Shown here in pieces: positions 24,301 to 29,430 of a stretch of 64,000 bases of DNA. The stretch lies in the NCBI GenBank assembly GCA_947469885.1, contig CANIQT010000012.1, positions 4,951 through 68,950 on the forward strand. Reading direction: 5' to 3'. The DNA is from Bacteroidota bacterium (GTDB lineage Bacteria; Bacteroidota; Bacteroidia; 2-12-FULL-35-15). The notes beneath the pieces are model-generated. The model saw only the letters and a program-made list of their open reading frames with translations. It was not told where the DNA came from and did not search any database. The first letter of the stretch is position 1, and the number at the start of each line of letters is the position of its first letter. A program made the position numbers and the translations under genes.

Positions 24301-27300
24301 TACATCCACATTCACCGGGTTGCCCGGACAAACTGCCGAAGCAGGAGTAACCACATATCTTACTACACCTGAAGACCCTGAATTGTTGGTTAATGTTTGA
24401 GCTATTGTTGAACCACTTGACGGAGTAAATCCTGTGATAGTTCCTCCCGAAATTTGAGAAACTGTCCATGAATAGGTGGTGCCTCCGGTTAATGCAATAT
24501 TAGTGGGGATACCACTACATAAAGCTTGAGAAGAAGGAGTAGCTGTTGCAACAGGCGCTGCTTGTAAGGTTACGGTAATTGTTTTAACAGTACCCGGACA
24601 AGAAGCCCCAAAATAAGGTGTAACATTGTATTGAACAGTGCTGCCATTAGCACCTGTTAAAGTTTGACCAATAGTACTATTGCAAGACGTAGCACAAGCA
24701 CTTGCACCTGAAACACCACTAATTGTACCAAGTGTCCATGTATAAGTTGCTCCCGCAGGAGAACTAGCTAATGGAATATTTGCCACCTGACCCGCACATG
24801 CTGGTTGAGCAGCTGCTGTGGTGATTGTTGGAGGGGTACTTACTGTAACGGTAATGGGATAAACAGAACCAGTACATCCGTTAAGGACAGGTGTAACACT
24901 GTAAACAGCGGTTCCACCTAATCCTACAAGCGTGTTGGCAATAGTACTTCCACTTCCGGAAGTTCCACCCGTTACTCCTGTCATCACTGGTGCAGGCCAA
25001 CTAAAGGTTGCTGCCCCTGAAGGGTTGGTTGTTAAAACAATGTTTGAAAGTACATTATTACACGAACCTGCACTGCTTGGTGTTGTTACCACAGGAGTAG
25101 CAAATAAAGTTACATTGCCTGACATTGTAGTAATACATGCTCCTGATGTTGCTTTTACGGTATAAACTCCTGCAACTGTTTGTGTACCGAAAGTGATGGC
25201 ACCTCCTGTTCCTGCTACAGTTGAGCCGCCAACAAGAATTCCATCCTTATATAAATCATAGTTTACACCTGATTGAGAGCCACTAAGGTTGACAACAAAG
25301 TTTGCTGCCGCAGTACAAGTTGAACCTGTTTGAGTAACATTAAATGCTGTTTGGGTTGCTACCGTAACTGTAAAAGATTGGGAGGTAACATTACCCGCAG
25401 CATCAGTTGCTGTAAATGTATTGGTAGTGGTTCCTAAAGGATAGTTAACACCTGATGCCAAACCTGCTGATTGAGTAGGGGCAATAGATGGTGTCAAACC
25501 ATTCCAGGTAATTACGATTTGTCCATTTCCTGTGTTCCCAATAGAGTTACTTTGAGCAGTACCTCCATTATAAGAACCTCCTCCATAACCAACATATGCC
25601 AGACCACCACTGTTCATACCACTGCCGCCACTATATCCTCCACCAGCTCCCGCTTCCATGTTACATGAACCATAGTAATTTGGAGAAGCTCCTCCTCCAA
25701 ATCCACCAGTTGAGTAATTTGTTCCACCACTTCCTCCGGCTCCTCCCTGCTGAAATCCTGCTCCCCCGGTAGCTATAAAACTAGGTGATGTTAAGTTGTC
25801 ATTACCACCAGAAGTATAATAACCTCCTGCACCACCTCCGCAAGAGGTTGTAGGCGCACCATTTCCATTTGTACCCGGTGCTGGTCCGTTACCACTTGTG
25901 GTTAGAGATGCATTACCACCAAGACCTGAAACAGAACCACCACCGCCTCCGGCAACTATCATTGGTGTTGCCGTGGTATTTGAAGCCCCTAATCCCACAA
26001 AAGTTCCGCCACCTCCGGCAGCAAAACTATAATTGTTTGGTGGCTGTTGCCCAACCAAGTAAGACAATACCTGTCCGGGAGTTACCGTAAATGTACCAGT
26101 CATGATTGCTCCCAAACCACCTGTTCCTCCATTCGACCCACCCTGTGCACCTTTGGCTGTTATATTTATTGACGTTACACCGTTAGGAACCGTGAATGTT
26201 CCGATTGATCCTGTATAATTAAATGTCTGGCTTCCAACCACTAAAAAACCACAATTATCTGTAGTAGTAGGAGCGGTATAAGCTACCACTTTTCCATTAC
26301 AAGTTGCATTATCTGCAACAACAGTAATATTAGCAGGCACATTCACTACTGGTGCTGTAACATCGTTTACAGTAACTGTAAACGAAATATTGGCTGTACA
26401 CCCCCCAAAGGTTGCACTTAGAGCAACAGTAGTAACACCTCTGTTAAAAGTAGAGCCCGAGCCATTGCCGGAACCGCTACCAGTTGTTGCACCAGTAAAC
26501 ACATAAGAAAGACTACCCTGTGTGGTAGTAGCAGTATAATTAACTACTGCCTGGCAGGAATTGTTTGCAGCCGCTGTTTGAGGACCTGGATTAGAAATAA
26601 CAGGACCATTAACCGTTACAGCAGAAGATGTTCTTGTTAAAGAAGTACAACCTACAACATTAGGCCATGAAATTATTACTTGACCATTACCAGAACGAAC
26701 ACCACCTTGAGCAAGTAATGTTGATCCATTAATAATGGAACCACCTCCTCCACCAACACCATAATAGGTACCACCTCCACCACCGGAATAGCCACCTCCG
26801 CCTCCGCCTCCTGTCCAGCTTGACCATTCTCCGGCACCTCCGCCACCAAATCCTCCATTACCTGCACCAACTGAAATACCTCCTGCACCTCCATTTGTAA
26901 ATGACCTGCCTCCTGTGCTGGCAGCTATACAATCAGAGCCATTTCCGGTAAGACCACCACCACCTGCACCTTCAGATTGACCAACATAGGCAGGAGCACA
27001 TCCTCCACCTGATCCAGCTGCTCCTCCCACTCCTCCTGTAGTACTTAAATTGGCATAAATACCGGCATTACCCGCTGTAGCGGTAGAACCATTACTATTA
27101 GCAGCAGAATAAGCGCCACCTGAATAATAACCACCGCCACCGCCTCCGGCAACAACTAAAGCCGCATTTGCATTGGTGGTTACAAACGAACCACCTCCGC
27201 CACCACCTTGATTGCCGGAACCACCTTGGCCCCCAACCAGTATTTTTAAAATATCTCCGCCATTAACAGAAACTGTACCCTGCATTCTAGCACCCAATCC

Positions 27301-29370
27301 ACCTGCACCACCGATTCCTGCGCCACCTTGTGCACCATACGCATCAATGGTAATGGAATTGACACCGGCAGGAACTGTAAAATTAACAATAGAGCCTGAA
27401 TAGGAAAATGTTTGTGAACCGGCTTGTGTTCCACTCTGAGTTTCTGCCCAATAAGTTGTTGTTCCGGCAGGGGTTACCGAAAAATTTGCTGCGCTTGCAA
27501 CAGTTCCTAATAATATACCACCTGTAGAAGCATTGTACCAATTAATAGAGTTACCCGCAGATGTTGCATTAAGATTAGCTGACTGTCCCAAACAAATGCC
27601 CGCAGGAGTATTTACTGAAGGCGCGGCTGGACTTAGCAAACCGCTACCAGTTGCCACCACATTTATATTTGGAGCACCGCCTCCGCTAATAACGATATTA
27701 CCAGTATAAGACTGAACAGCAACAGGGCTGAATTTCACAAATATGGTAGTATTGGTAGTTCCTGCCCCCGGAGTAAAAGTTAAAGAAGAAGTATAGGTAC
27801 CATTTGATGTTAATGAATACGAAAAGCCTGAAAGTGCAGCTAAAGTAACACTTGCTGCAGTAAGGTTGCTGCCCGTTAATATAAAAGAGTTAGGACCAGC
27901 TGTTGAACCGGAACATACATTTCCGAATGCCGCAGGAGGAATGGATACTTGCAGAATAGGAGATATAGAAAGTGTGGTAAAGGTACCTTGGGTACTATAA
28001 GAAATACCAGCACCGTCTTGTGCTTTTAAGTGATAATAATAAACAGTGCTTGGAGTGAGTCCTGTAATAGTGGTCGTATAATTAGCAGGACCTCCTGTTC
28101 CGGCCGTAAAAGTTCCTGTACCATTGGCAAAACCATTGGTAGTACTCCTTTCCACACCGTAAGAAATAACTGAAGAACACCCTTGAGTATAAGTTCCTGT
28201 AATCACTGCTCCATTTGAATTAGGATTTACACTGCCCAAGGTAAGGGCAACAGGAGTATTGACCCCTGTACCTGAAGCAGCAACGTTTATAGTTGCAGCA
28301 CCACCACCACCAACCGGAATATTTCCGGTAAATGTGCCGGCACCCGGGGCAGTAAACTTAACGAAAATAGCTTGAGAATAAGCCCCTCCTGCCTGAGCTA
28401 AGGAAAGAGTGCTGGTATAAGTACCGCCAGCAGTGGTTGAATAACTAAAATTTGCTAAAGCACCAACAGTAACATTGGCAGTTGACAAAGATGTACCAGT
28501 AATGGTAAATGAATTAGGTCCGACTGTTGCGCCCGGACAAGCACCAGTGAGCGGAGCCAAAGCCGTGGCTGAAAGACTGGAAGCAAATGCTCCGCTAATC
28601 CATGTAATTGTAGTAGTAGTATTAGCGCTTGCTGTACCACAGCTAACGTTAGTATTAGAGTGGCAATAATAAGTTCCTGCTACTGTAGATGTAAAGATTA
28701 ACGGTGTACCACCTGAAGCAACAATAGGACCGTTAGAAGAACCAGAGTGAATAGTAATCCATGAGGTTGCAGTACTATTGGTATATTTATAGGTTGTAAG
28801 CGCAGCTATACCAGAGATGGTAGTATATTCAGATTGATAACTAGCTGTACTTATTGTTACTGGTCCTGGTGCCACTGAGGTTGGAGCAGTAGCTGAACCA
28901 TAAGCTGAAGCATTTGTACAGCCTCCTGTACCAACAGCACCGCAGGTAACACAACCAATTGCGGTTGTAGTATTTACAGAGGCGGTCCCGCAAGTAGCAT
29001 TGGTATTAGAGTGACAATAATAGGTACCGGCTATTGGGGCGGTAAACACCAATGGTGTTTTTCCAAAAGCAACAACAGGTCCGTTAGATGTGGTTGCATG
29101 AATTGTTATGTACGAAGCTGCAGCACTATTGGTGTAAATATACTTATTCCCAGCAACAATACCACTGACAGTAGTATATTCACTTTGATAACTTGCGGTT
29201 GAAATAGTAACTACAGTTGCATTAGTAGGTGCAGTTGCACTACCATAGGCACTAGCATTAGTACACTGGGCACTCAACCTAGAAGTTGTAAATCCAACTA
29301 AAAGAACTGCACAGATTAACCAACGTGTGATAGTGTTAATTGTTTTTTTAGAATTTGTAAATTTTTCCAT
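6136..29370 (-). CDS. Giant (7,744 aa) multidomain cell-surface adhesin-like protein, a T9SS substrate: five Gly-rich modules, HYR tandem array, LamG, GEVED, MAM-like, Fn3 and Ig/PKD-like domains, type-A T9SS C-terminal domain
   Basis: A single uninterrupted 23.2-kb ORF. It has a signal peptide (MEKFTNSKKTINTITRWLICAVLLVGFTTSRLSAQ). The C-terminus ...FTDIYPNPATSEFTIDV...MYFVRLLDVDSNVIHSQTVIKQ matches a Por-secretion sorting domain. The composition is dominated by T/G/S/A/N/V. The many antisense ORFs in the track are low-complexity artefacts. Confidence 0.9.
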   Translation of the reverse strand: MEKFTNSKKTINTITRWLICAVLLVGFTTSRLSAQCTNASAYGSATAPTNATVVTISTASYQSEYTTVSGIVAGNKYIYTNSAAASYITIHATTSNGPVVAFGKTPLVFTAPIAGTYYCHSNTNATCGTASVNTTTAIGCVTCGAVGTGGCTNASAYGSATAPTSVAPGPVTISTASYQSEYTTISGIAALTTYKYTNSTATSWITIHSGSSNGPIVASGGTPLIFTSTVAGTYYCHSNTNVSCGTASANTTTTITWISGAFASSLSATALAPLTGACPGATVGPNSFTITGTSLSTANVTVGALANFSYSTTAGGTYTSTLSLAQAGGAYSQAIFVKFTAPGAGTFTGNIPVGGGGAATINVAASGTGVNTPVALTLGSVNPNSNGAVITGTYTQGCSSVISYGVERSTTNGFANGTGTFTAGTGGPANYTTTITGLTPSTVYYYHLKAQDGAGISYSTQGTFTTLSISPILQVSIPPAAFGNVCSGSTAGPNSFILTGSNLTAASVTLAALSGFSYSLTSNGTYTSSLTFTPGAGTTNTTIFVKFSPVAVQSYTGNIVISGGGAPNINVVATGSGLLSPAAPSVNTPAGICLGQSANLNATSAGNSINWYNASTGGILLGTVASAANFSVTPAGTTTYWAETQSGTQAGSQTFSYSGSIVNFTVPAGVNSITIDAYGAQGGAGIGGAGGLGARMQGTVSVNGGDILKILVGGQGGSGNQGGGGGGSFVTTNANAALVVAGGGGGGYYSGGAYSAANSNGSTATAGNAGIYANLSTTGGVGGAAGSGGGCAPAYVGQSEGAGGGGLTGNGSDCIAASTGGRSFTNGGAGGISVGAGNGGFGGGGAGEWSSWTGGGGGGGYSGGGGGTYYGVGGGGGSIINGSTLLAQGGVRSGNGQVIISWPNVVGCTSLTRTSSAVTVNGPVISNPGPQTAAANNSCQAVVNYTATTTQGSLSYVFTGATTGSGSGNGSGSTFNRGVTTVALSATFGGCTANISFTVTVNDVTAPVVNVPANITVVADNATCNGKVVAYTAPTTTDNCGFLVVGSQTFNYTGSIGTFTVPNGVTSINITAKGAQGGSNGGTGGLGAIMTGTFTVTPGQVLSYLVGQQPPNNYSFAAGGGGTFVGLGASNTTATPMIVAGGGGGSVSGLGGNASLTTSGNGPAPGTNGNGAPTTSCGGGAGGYYTSGGNDNLTSPSFIATGGAGFQQGGAGGSGGTNYSTGGFGGGASPNYYGSCNMEAGAGGGYSGGSGMNSGGLAYVGYGGGSYNGGTAQSNSIGNTGNGQIVITWNGLTPSIAPTQSAGLASGVNYPLGTTTNTFTATDAAGNVTSQSFTVTVATQTAFNVTQTGSTCTAAANFVVNLSGSQSGVNYDLYKDGILVGGSTVAGTGGAITFGTQTVAGVYTVKATSGACITTMSGNVTLFATPVVTTPSSAGSCNNVLSNIVLTTNPSGAATFSWPAPVMTGVTGGTSGSGSTIANTLVGLGGTAVYSVTPVLNGCTGSVYPITVTVSTPPTITTAAAQPACAGQVANIPLASSPAGATYTWTLGTISGVSGASACATSCNSTIGQTLTGANGSTVQYNVTPYFGASCPGTVKTITVTLQAAPVATATPSSQALCSGIPTNIALTGGTTYSWTVSQISGGTITGFTPSSGSTIAQTLTNNSGSSGVVRYVVTPASAVCPGNPVNVDVTVSSAPLPPSGVSSNPSSLCTGGTANLSAISTGNTINWYSQSVGGTLYGSSASAANFPVTPTVNTTYYVEANNGGSGSQTINYTGSIVNFTVPATVTSLNITAKGASGGFTSGSTAGNGATMQGTFAVTPGQVLSILVGQSPGLTTLYPAGGGGTFVADGASFATANPLIVAGGGGGAYSGATGTGAPFTTSGTGTNPGTGGNGAPAMSCVGGGGGFYTSGGNDVLYGFFGGAGFRQGGAGGAPAALYAASYQTGGFGGGTAANYVGSCNQQAGSGGGYSGGSGWGVAVNTIGNAGGSYNGGTSQVNTAGNNAGNGQVVITWNVLGCASTRVPLTVNVNTYPAITVQPVTPAPICGAGIATLSVTATNATTYQWYKGVTPLTNTAPYSGVNTSTLTITNPSAAENNASLTCVVGNGTTCTVTSTARILTVNTVPAAPSPVTATPTSVCANGAANLNATSAGSSIFWYNAATNGTLLGTSASAANFGVTPAVTTTYYAEANNGAVGSQTFNYTGSISTFTVPVGVSTVTILAKGAQGGSVTTTCPHTGGLGASMQGTFAVTPGQILSVLVGQQGLTNGSEGGGGGGSFVVASGNTPLIIAGGGGGASNNIATCGAGQLDGLNASITTSGTASGNGLVAGGTAGNGGTNVTGSGSGGAGFLTNGSGGSANPLAYVNGGTGANNGTSIGGFGGGGCGWSTGGQGGGGGGYSGGSTSGTQPYTGGGGGGSYNSGTNQVNTAGAQTGNGQVVISWNISGCASTTRPPVTVTVNTPVITVQPVSPAPVCVSNGTRTISVTATGTVTGYQWRKNGTNLSNVAPYSGATSATLTITNPGLSESGAIYDVVVSNGACSVTSTATTAFSILPTPAAAVVANSGSMCANGTATLTASGLAPAGGGVTLNGTTDYLLTPNLPNAAIANTTLEIWFKAVGPGVIVSEQGNLPVNSGWHDSQIEVLASGQVMVRVWSMTALQIGTVSFGTWNHVVIRYNGGTLDGLLNGVPSGTSTAGGPRQNPNTGLLYYAIGSNDGTNMGSGAYFNGQVDEFRVWNSALTNADIQSWMNREVTASHPNFSNLVAYYKMNSSNILADSKTGAFPLTSVGAPVSTTSNYYTYTWSGSNAPAPSVNETQTTGIITPPQNYTVTANVAGSCAGAPSSTTTIPVATLSTGTTNASSNIALSCTPFPTVTLTASGGTPGVGAVIKWYNGGCGTGNGGTLVGTGSPLTLSGLNGPAATTTYYANYENCAGFNTCGTGATVTISAPSANAISQPYTDNTTGTGITVNWIQGNGTAGEIVVARLTSTTAVDPIGGLTYSASSVFGAGSNLGGGNFVVYDGYNNTVNVTGLTQLTSYTFTIYDYNSITNCYYIPGASSSVTTIATPCVGTPSPGTTLASLASVCPASSLTLSLSTPPVGGGLTYQWQSSPTNSNFVNISGATSATYVTTQSVATYYQCLVTCQGNVGTSTPTQVVMNNVQTCYCTSNLYVTFGCTDNDVIGQVQIPGTTLNNVSGLGCPAGVSGYNDYTNFGALGANFTCTLQASTSYTVNVSTSSFSENYAAWIDYNDDGSFSSAERIGYSLTTVPANSTVGFPVTLACNPPVGQHRLRVRCIFGLANGSTIDPCATTTFGEVEDYLVTIAAPTSCPIPTALAVTSPGQFDAVVNWAAGCTETSWDVEFGAVGHTAGTGTILTTSSNVNYVLTGLPCNSTREVYVRSNCAAFTHGSWVGPVSVTTTACPGAPTVTNISPTSACSNTTVIITGTNFINATSVKFGGTNAASYVVNSATQITAVVGTGTSGVITVVTGSGTGTGSQTFIFSGSGPTVTANPGNLTANTNSNSCDATVTYTCTFSAGTVTYALTGATIASGNGTGSGSVFNNGVTTVTVTSVTGVCSTQAVFTVTVNDATAPTISGCPSTINAFPTNTNCNFSTVTFATPTVSDNCVSTGGGSQTFNYTGGIVNFTVPPGVNSVNITAIGANGGITTGFTPAGGKGAKMQGDIAVTPGQVLKVLVGGVGADGATSSGGGGGGGSFVTTSTNTPLIVAGGGGGIAVSTNAYTPVGADAVTTTSGVNGYSGLGGTPANYGLGGINGNGATTFSGGGGACGGNGGGLLSNGQANASCCPNTYGYGFVNGATGGIVCTATGNGGFGGGGGGGNTAGGGGGGYSGGGASWNNPTNGGGGGSYNSGTNQNNVAGFNPSGNGQVVITWNLTFPTIVQTTGLPSGSSFPVGTTTNTFIASDASGNTSTCSFFVVVSPSPTAFSITTSGSDCSAAGNFSLGLNGSQSGLTYDLYLDGVATGASLPGTGSPISFGVQSAPGVYTVKTTSGSCTVTMNGSATLKPTPVMTTPSAVGACNNATSNILLTTAPANSTFTWTIGTVTGTSTGYSACAGSCGSAIQQLLGGAGTIQYIVTPTLNNCVGSPYTITVTSPVIPNVATTSPQQACSGQVSNIALTSTPAGATYQWTASLASGTTTGFSNSSLANVTSIAQTLTGTGVVNYVVTPYFGAGCSGPSATIAVNVNTVPSVTISPSAPTAFCGGNTTAINLSSTPSGASFTWTTQLLTSAGSVVGYSNCSSSCGTSIAQTLNNPTAANGTVRYKVTPSLNGCSPLTATNVNQTVLPGALTPTSVTALPTTICSGTSANLNATSSTGSTIKWWTQQTGGTLVGSSATGANFSVSPTTTTTYWAEANTATCPNPTRVSVTVNVNPSPSISLITAPSNGQFCSPGSSASFNVTGSGGTGTLNYSWLPTSGLTPTFGQAVTATPSSATTYTATVTDANSCTATATKLITPLPGVTINSITATPATLCATGNSSIALSVTGAATLGYSWSPTTFLGGTSTLQNPTVTGISSTTTYTVTTTTSSNGCTNTGTVAVNVNSTPPSISSFNAGCPGAPVQINGTNLGTTTSVTIGGLATTGLTIISNSIITVVPNASVSGNNVAVSLNTTCGSTSNNTLSFIAIPTINVSPSLSQTICSGASMTPFVLTSTPSGATFSWTRTSPSGITTTAAASGTATTISGNFTTSNGTSTAVPFTINASNGGCPATPVTATVTLSPFLSGVTASSNPPAICAGGTINLLASVSTLSPTLLDPTTNGGFEGGTVGLAASGWSEAQGAVNRQWGVNTAPGVQGGTYAAYEGSETNNNYNGNNTANSVGHFYRDVVVPADYTNVNLSFYYKMPTVDPNNDIFYVYTTTPSNTPVYNTTATLPGGGFTQVYTNTSTAIANYTLQSIPLSGVAGTTVRIVFTFKSNGVTPFANPAVDNVSVTGTPPVATYAWTGPNSFSSSLQNPTGVTPPNLPVNTYSVTATSAGACAVQTVTVAGATPVTCGALTIGGVSTCLGVQTVTAHPTGGNTPYTYVWTQDGLAFGGNTATINSGLGTHTYACSITDACGTNCSSSTSPITTANAPVAVITSPNNTTFCSGVGAPLDATTTGSPTYQWKLGASNIGGATSSTFSPSSTGAYSVIVTEFGCSVTSPQITISTVAAGITLNYVTATPASICNNTSSVLAAGVAAAPVYTTPVSSNGGSTGHEITNFTGLGFAYTNGTPTVSPGYLNRTTTVGTFAANSATSVSVQSNINDSYKVWIDMNDNGSFEDASELLCTSSVGVNPLVTALTIPASCPNGNHRLRIRNTDITANAIAGVSSISAITSGVTIDFTITVTGGVAPAVTYSWLPVTFLGGVTTGPSVTGSNITSPTTYTVTATASSGCHASGTVPVTIKPIATNGTTATTASICTGATTSVALNSSIPGGTWSWVAADNTNVTGESTSNQTLGTITNTLALNTGVITNQDVVYTVTPISPSPDVCAGTPFTVTVTVKPKPTVTNVTPMATVCSGSAISVPLTANIASTFTWVAANNANTTGESLITQNSSTLNNTVTSNNGVTTQQTITYTVTPTSNGCTGAALTRTVLVNPRPGLNVSDITYCPGDAPVTLLNASAPGTTYTWTASSSSPSLTGWSACTSGCGNQINTTNQPLVNNGSTDATVTYIITPVSTIGLLGCAGAPITHHATLGITPADPVVSPTAVVCSGTNANISITAAGNPDFNWTVDPNYSTNVNGPLDCAGACGNAITDFLTNSGTTDEVVIYTVGSNSTEPSACPSLSTVDVAVTIPRNFTINASAAANGTISPSGANNGVCHGTDAPYAINANSNYHIDDLSVDGVTVNAAIGLSSYTYTFINVSADHTINATFALNCTMPVITPPSPITVGNDLHVCGAIVNYSASIAGIPSPSVTYSENSGTFFSLGITTVTISATNLCGTVTSDFDITINDTEAPVITVPAQNMTVQSDGAGNVNEFYDWLITNWADADATDNCTDALHLDNYWVNDYNSANWINQCGTTGRSGLVGFQVYDQAGNYSNSTYAEFKIIDNIAPVITVPPAIVIQENTGNGTSTEPIGTATGTDIGSAVTITYDPQGPYPVGTTTVTWTATDACGNASTGTQVVTVSDTQDPIITCSLSQTQSANLGQCSSYVTVFPPAFSDNSPGASISNDYNFTADASDVYPVGTTTIIWTVTDGSGNSVTCHQDVVITDDELPLITCAPEQDETADLSQCTTFVTVVQPTFSDNCTGSTISNDYNNSPDASDTYPVGTTTVIWTVTDGHGNSATCHQDIVVTDDELPIITCAPEQTHTADLHQCTGFITVTPPSFTDNCSGSTLTNDYNNSTDASGIYPVGTTTVIWTAIDDHGNSATCHQDIVITDDELPLITCAPEQFQTADLNQCSSFVIVIPPSIADNCTGSTISNDYNNTADASDVYPVGTTTIIWTVEDGNGNSATCHQDITVTDDELPTIVCPSEQFQTAELDMCEAFVSISTPQTADNCTGLTITNDYNNTNDASDIYPVGTTTLTWTVLDGYGNSSTCHQDITVTDDQLPMIVCAVAQTQVNDPGQSSAFVSVVTPTFSDNCTAVTIANSYNGTNDATDVYPVGTTTIEWTVTDVHGNTTTCHQDISVTDGEMPTIACDGTITLSADAGLCETAVVVTTPVFGDNSPGVYIVNNITGTDDASGIYPVGITTIEWTVTDFDGNTVSCHQDVQVTDDEFPSITCSGSQTQTADAGTNTAAVTVTAPIFGDNCTGATITNDYTNTNDASGNYPVGTTTVNWEVTDANGNTSTCHQDITVTDDESPTITCSGSQGQTADVGACNAVVSVTTPVFGDNVAGATVINDYTNTDDASGTYPVGTTTVNWTVTDVAGNTSTCHQDITVTDDELPLVSAPASITVCGGAATVVVLGTPSGSDNCGTVTYSSDAPATFGVGTTVVTWTAEDANGNTATATQNVTVLPYFNMVASAGANGSITPNGTTATCSGTSQIYVITANPGFHILDVLVDGVSNSGAIASGTYTFTNVTTTHTISATFESNCTVPLFTNCPATINANTATGLCSSVVTYSSATSGTTPTITYVLSGATTGSGSGNASGTAFNRGTTTVSLTATNGCGVASCSFNITVNDAELPTITAPTAVTVCNGLPVVLGTPVANDNCTYTVTNNHPSSTYPVGTTVVTWTVTDGSGNTATATQNVTVTPTPVVTATGPGTGVICNGANVQLSLNSTVSGSTFTWTSLVTAGGVLGSTNCASNCGTTIQDVLSNSGNVYGVVQYTIVANGGGCTSAPLVVNTTVGAIPATPVISGLSVVCGLSSATYSVAAVPLATNYTWALSAGSTGMTLSGIGQGTTSITVTFSGTVSGNVTCTASNNCGNSGTASIGVSKSPATPTPVQGPASLCGMIGTQVTYSTTTTVGAAANGANGAYTWTVPAGMTIVSGQGTTSIVAQYNTSFVSGTVKVTANNACSFPGPAATLAVTGAAPASPPASISGPANVCGMTTATYSAPPVAGATSYLWSITGAGTITGSNTGTSVTVNLSGTTAGSISVYAVNSCGNSPTARTLNLIITSTAPGTITGPANTCGMTTATYSVTAVANHTYTWTLATGQSFINGSQQGNSTIIVNIAPSVGVTTATSLLKVTASNGCTTTAASQKTITRCLDPNAMNNEVESSATFTDIYPNPATSEFTIDVTSEKDMDVVVEVYDVLGNIVIHERHQVLSGTTTMKTNIEQYRDGMYFVRLLDVDSNVIHSQTVIKQ
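8450..11600 (-). repeat. Tandem array of ~13 HYR (hyalin-repeat) domains in the giant protein, period 249 bp (83 aa), approx. coordinates
   Basis: The unit DDELPxITCxxxQxxTADxxQCxxFVxVxxPxFSDNCTGxTIxNDYNxxxDASxxYPVGTTTxxWTVTDxxGNSxTCHQDIxVTD repeats 11 times strictly, with 2-3 more divergent copies. The DNA landmark CATCAGGATAT recurs every ~250 bp from 8741 to 10740. Confidence 0.75.
13330..13800 (-). other. GEVED-like domain 2 within the giant protein (approx.)
   Basis: The segment ...GFAYTNGTPTVSPGYLNRTTTVGTFAANSATSVSVQSNINDSYKVWIDMNDNGSFEDASELL...NGNHRLRIRNTD... resembles the GEVED architecture but lacks the literal GEVEDY motif. Confidence 0.4.
14500..15050 (-). other. MAM-like / galactose-binding-like beta-sandwich domain within the giant protein (approx.)
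   Basis: The segment LLDPTTNGGFEGGTVGLAASGWSEAQGA...GHFYRDVVVPADYTNVNLSFYYKMPTVDPNNDIFYVYTT...VRIVFTFKSNG...AVDNVSVTG. A GGFE...W start and a DNVxV end are typical of MAM and CBM-like sandwich domains. Confidence 0.4.
17700..18570 (-). other. Gly-rich module 5 of the giant protein (FNYTGGIVNFTVPPGV...GGGGGGGSFV...GGGGGSYNSGTNQ...NGQVVITW), approx.
   Basis: CCACC runs at 17800-17900 on the DNA encode GNGGFGGGGGGGNTAGGGGGGYSGGG. Confidence 0.6.
19420..19960 (-). other. GEVED domain within the giant protein (approx.)
   Basis: The segment CYCTSNLYVTFGCTDND...AAWIDYNDDGSFSSAERIG...GQHRLRVRCIF...TTFGEVEDYLVTI carries the signature GEVEDY motif, encoded at ~19424-19445. Confidence 0.6.
21120..21650 (-). 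other. Laminin-G-like / concanavalin-A-like lectin domain (LamG_3-type) within the giant protein
   Basis: The segment ...LEIWFKAVGPGVIVSEQG...WNHVVIRYNGGTLDGLLNGV...AYFNGQVDEFRVWNSALTNADIQSWM. The final DE-x-R-hydrophobic-W motif is characteristic of the domain. Its position was confirmed by back-translating 21121-21210. Confidence 0.6.
22040..27450 (-). repeat. Four further Gly-rich modules (modules 1-4, each ~250 aa) of the giant protein, interleaved with Ig-like/HYR-like domains; approx. module spans 26670-27450, 25480-26250, 23330-24080, 22040-22760
   Basis: Each module begins (S)QTFNYTGSIxxFTVPxGVxSxxIxAKGAQGG, then ...TPGQVLxxLVGQ...GGGGG(S/T)FV...PLIVAGGGGG..., and ends GGSYNxGTxQxN...GNGQVxIxW. 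The DNA shows matching CCACC/CCGCC runs. Confidence 0.65.
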
Positions 29371-29430
29371 TTTGTTTTGTTTTAGGATAGTAATTTAATT
29401 TGTAATTTTTTTGTTATATGTTTTGTTATT

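Noticed and set aside
6217-29202. Dozens of 60-210-aa ORFs on the plus strand opposite the giant gene, and in alternate frames
   Set aside because: All are embedded antisense or out of frame within the 23-kb low-complexity gene. Their translations are compositionally biased (V/P/L-rich) mirror images of Gly/Thr/Ala codons. They are artefacts.
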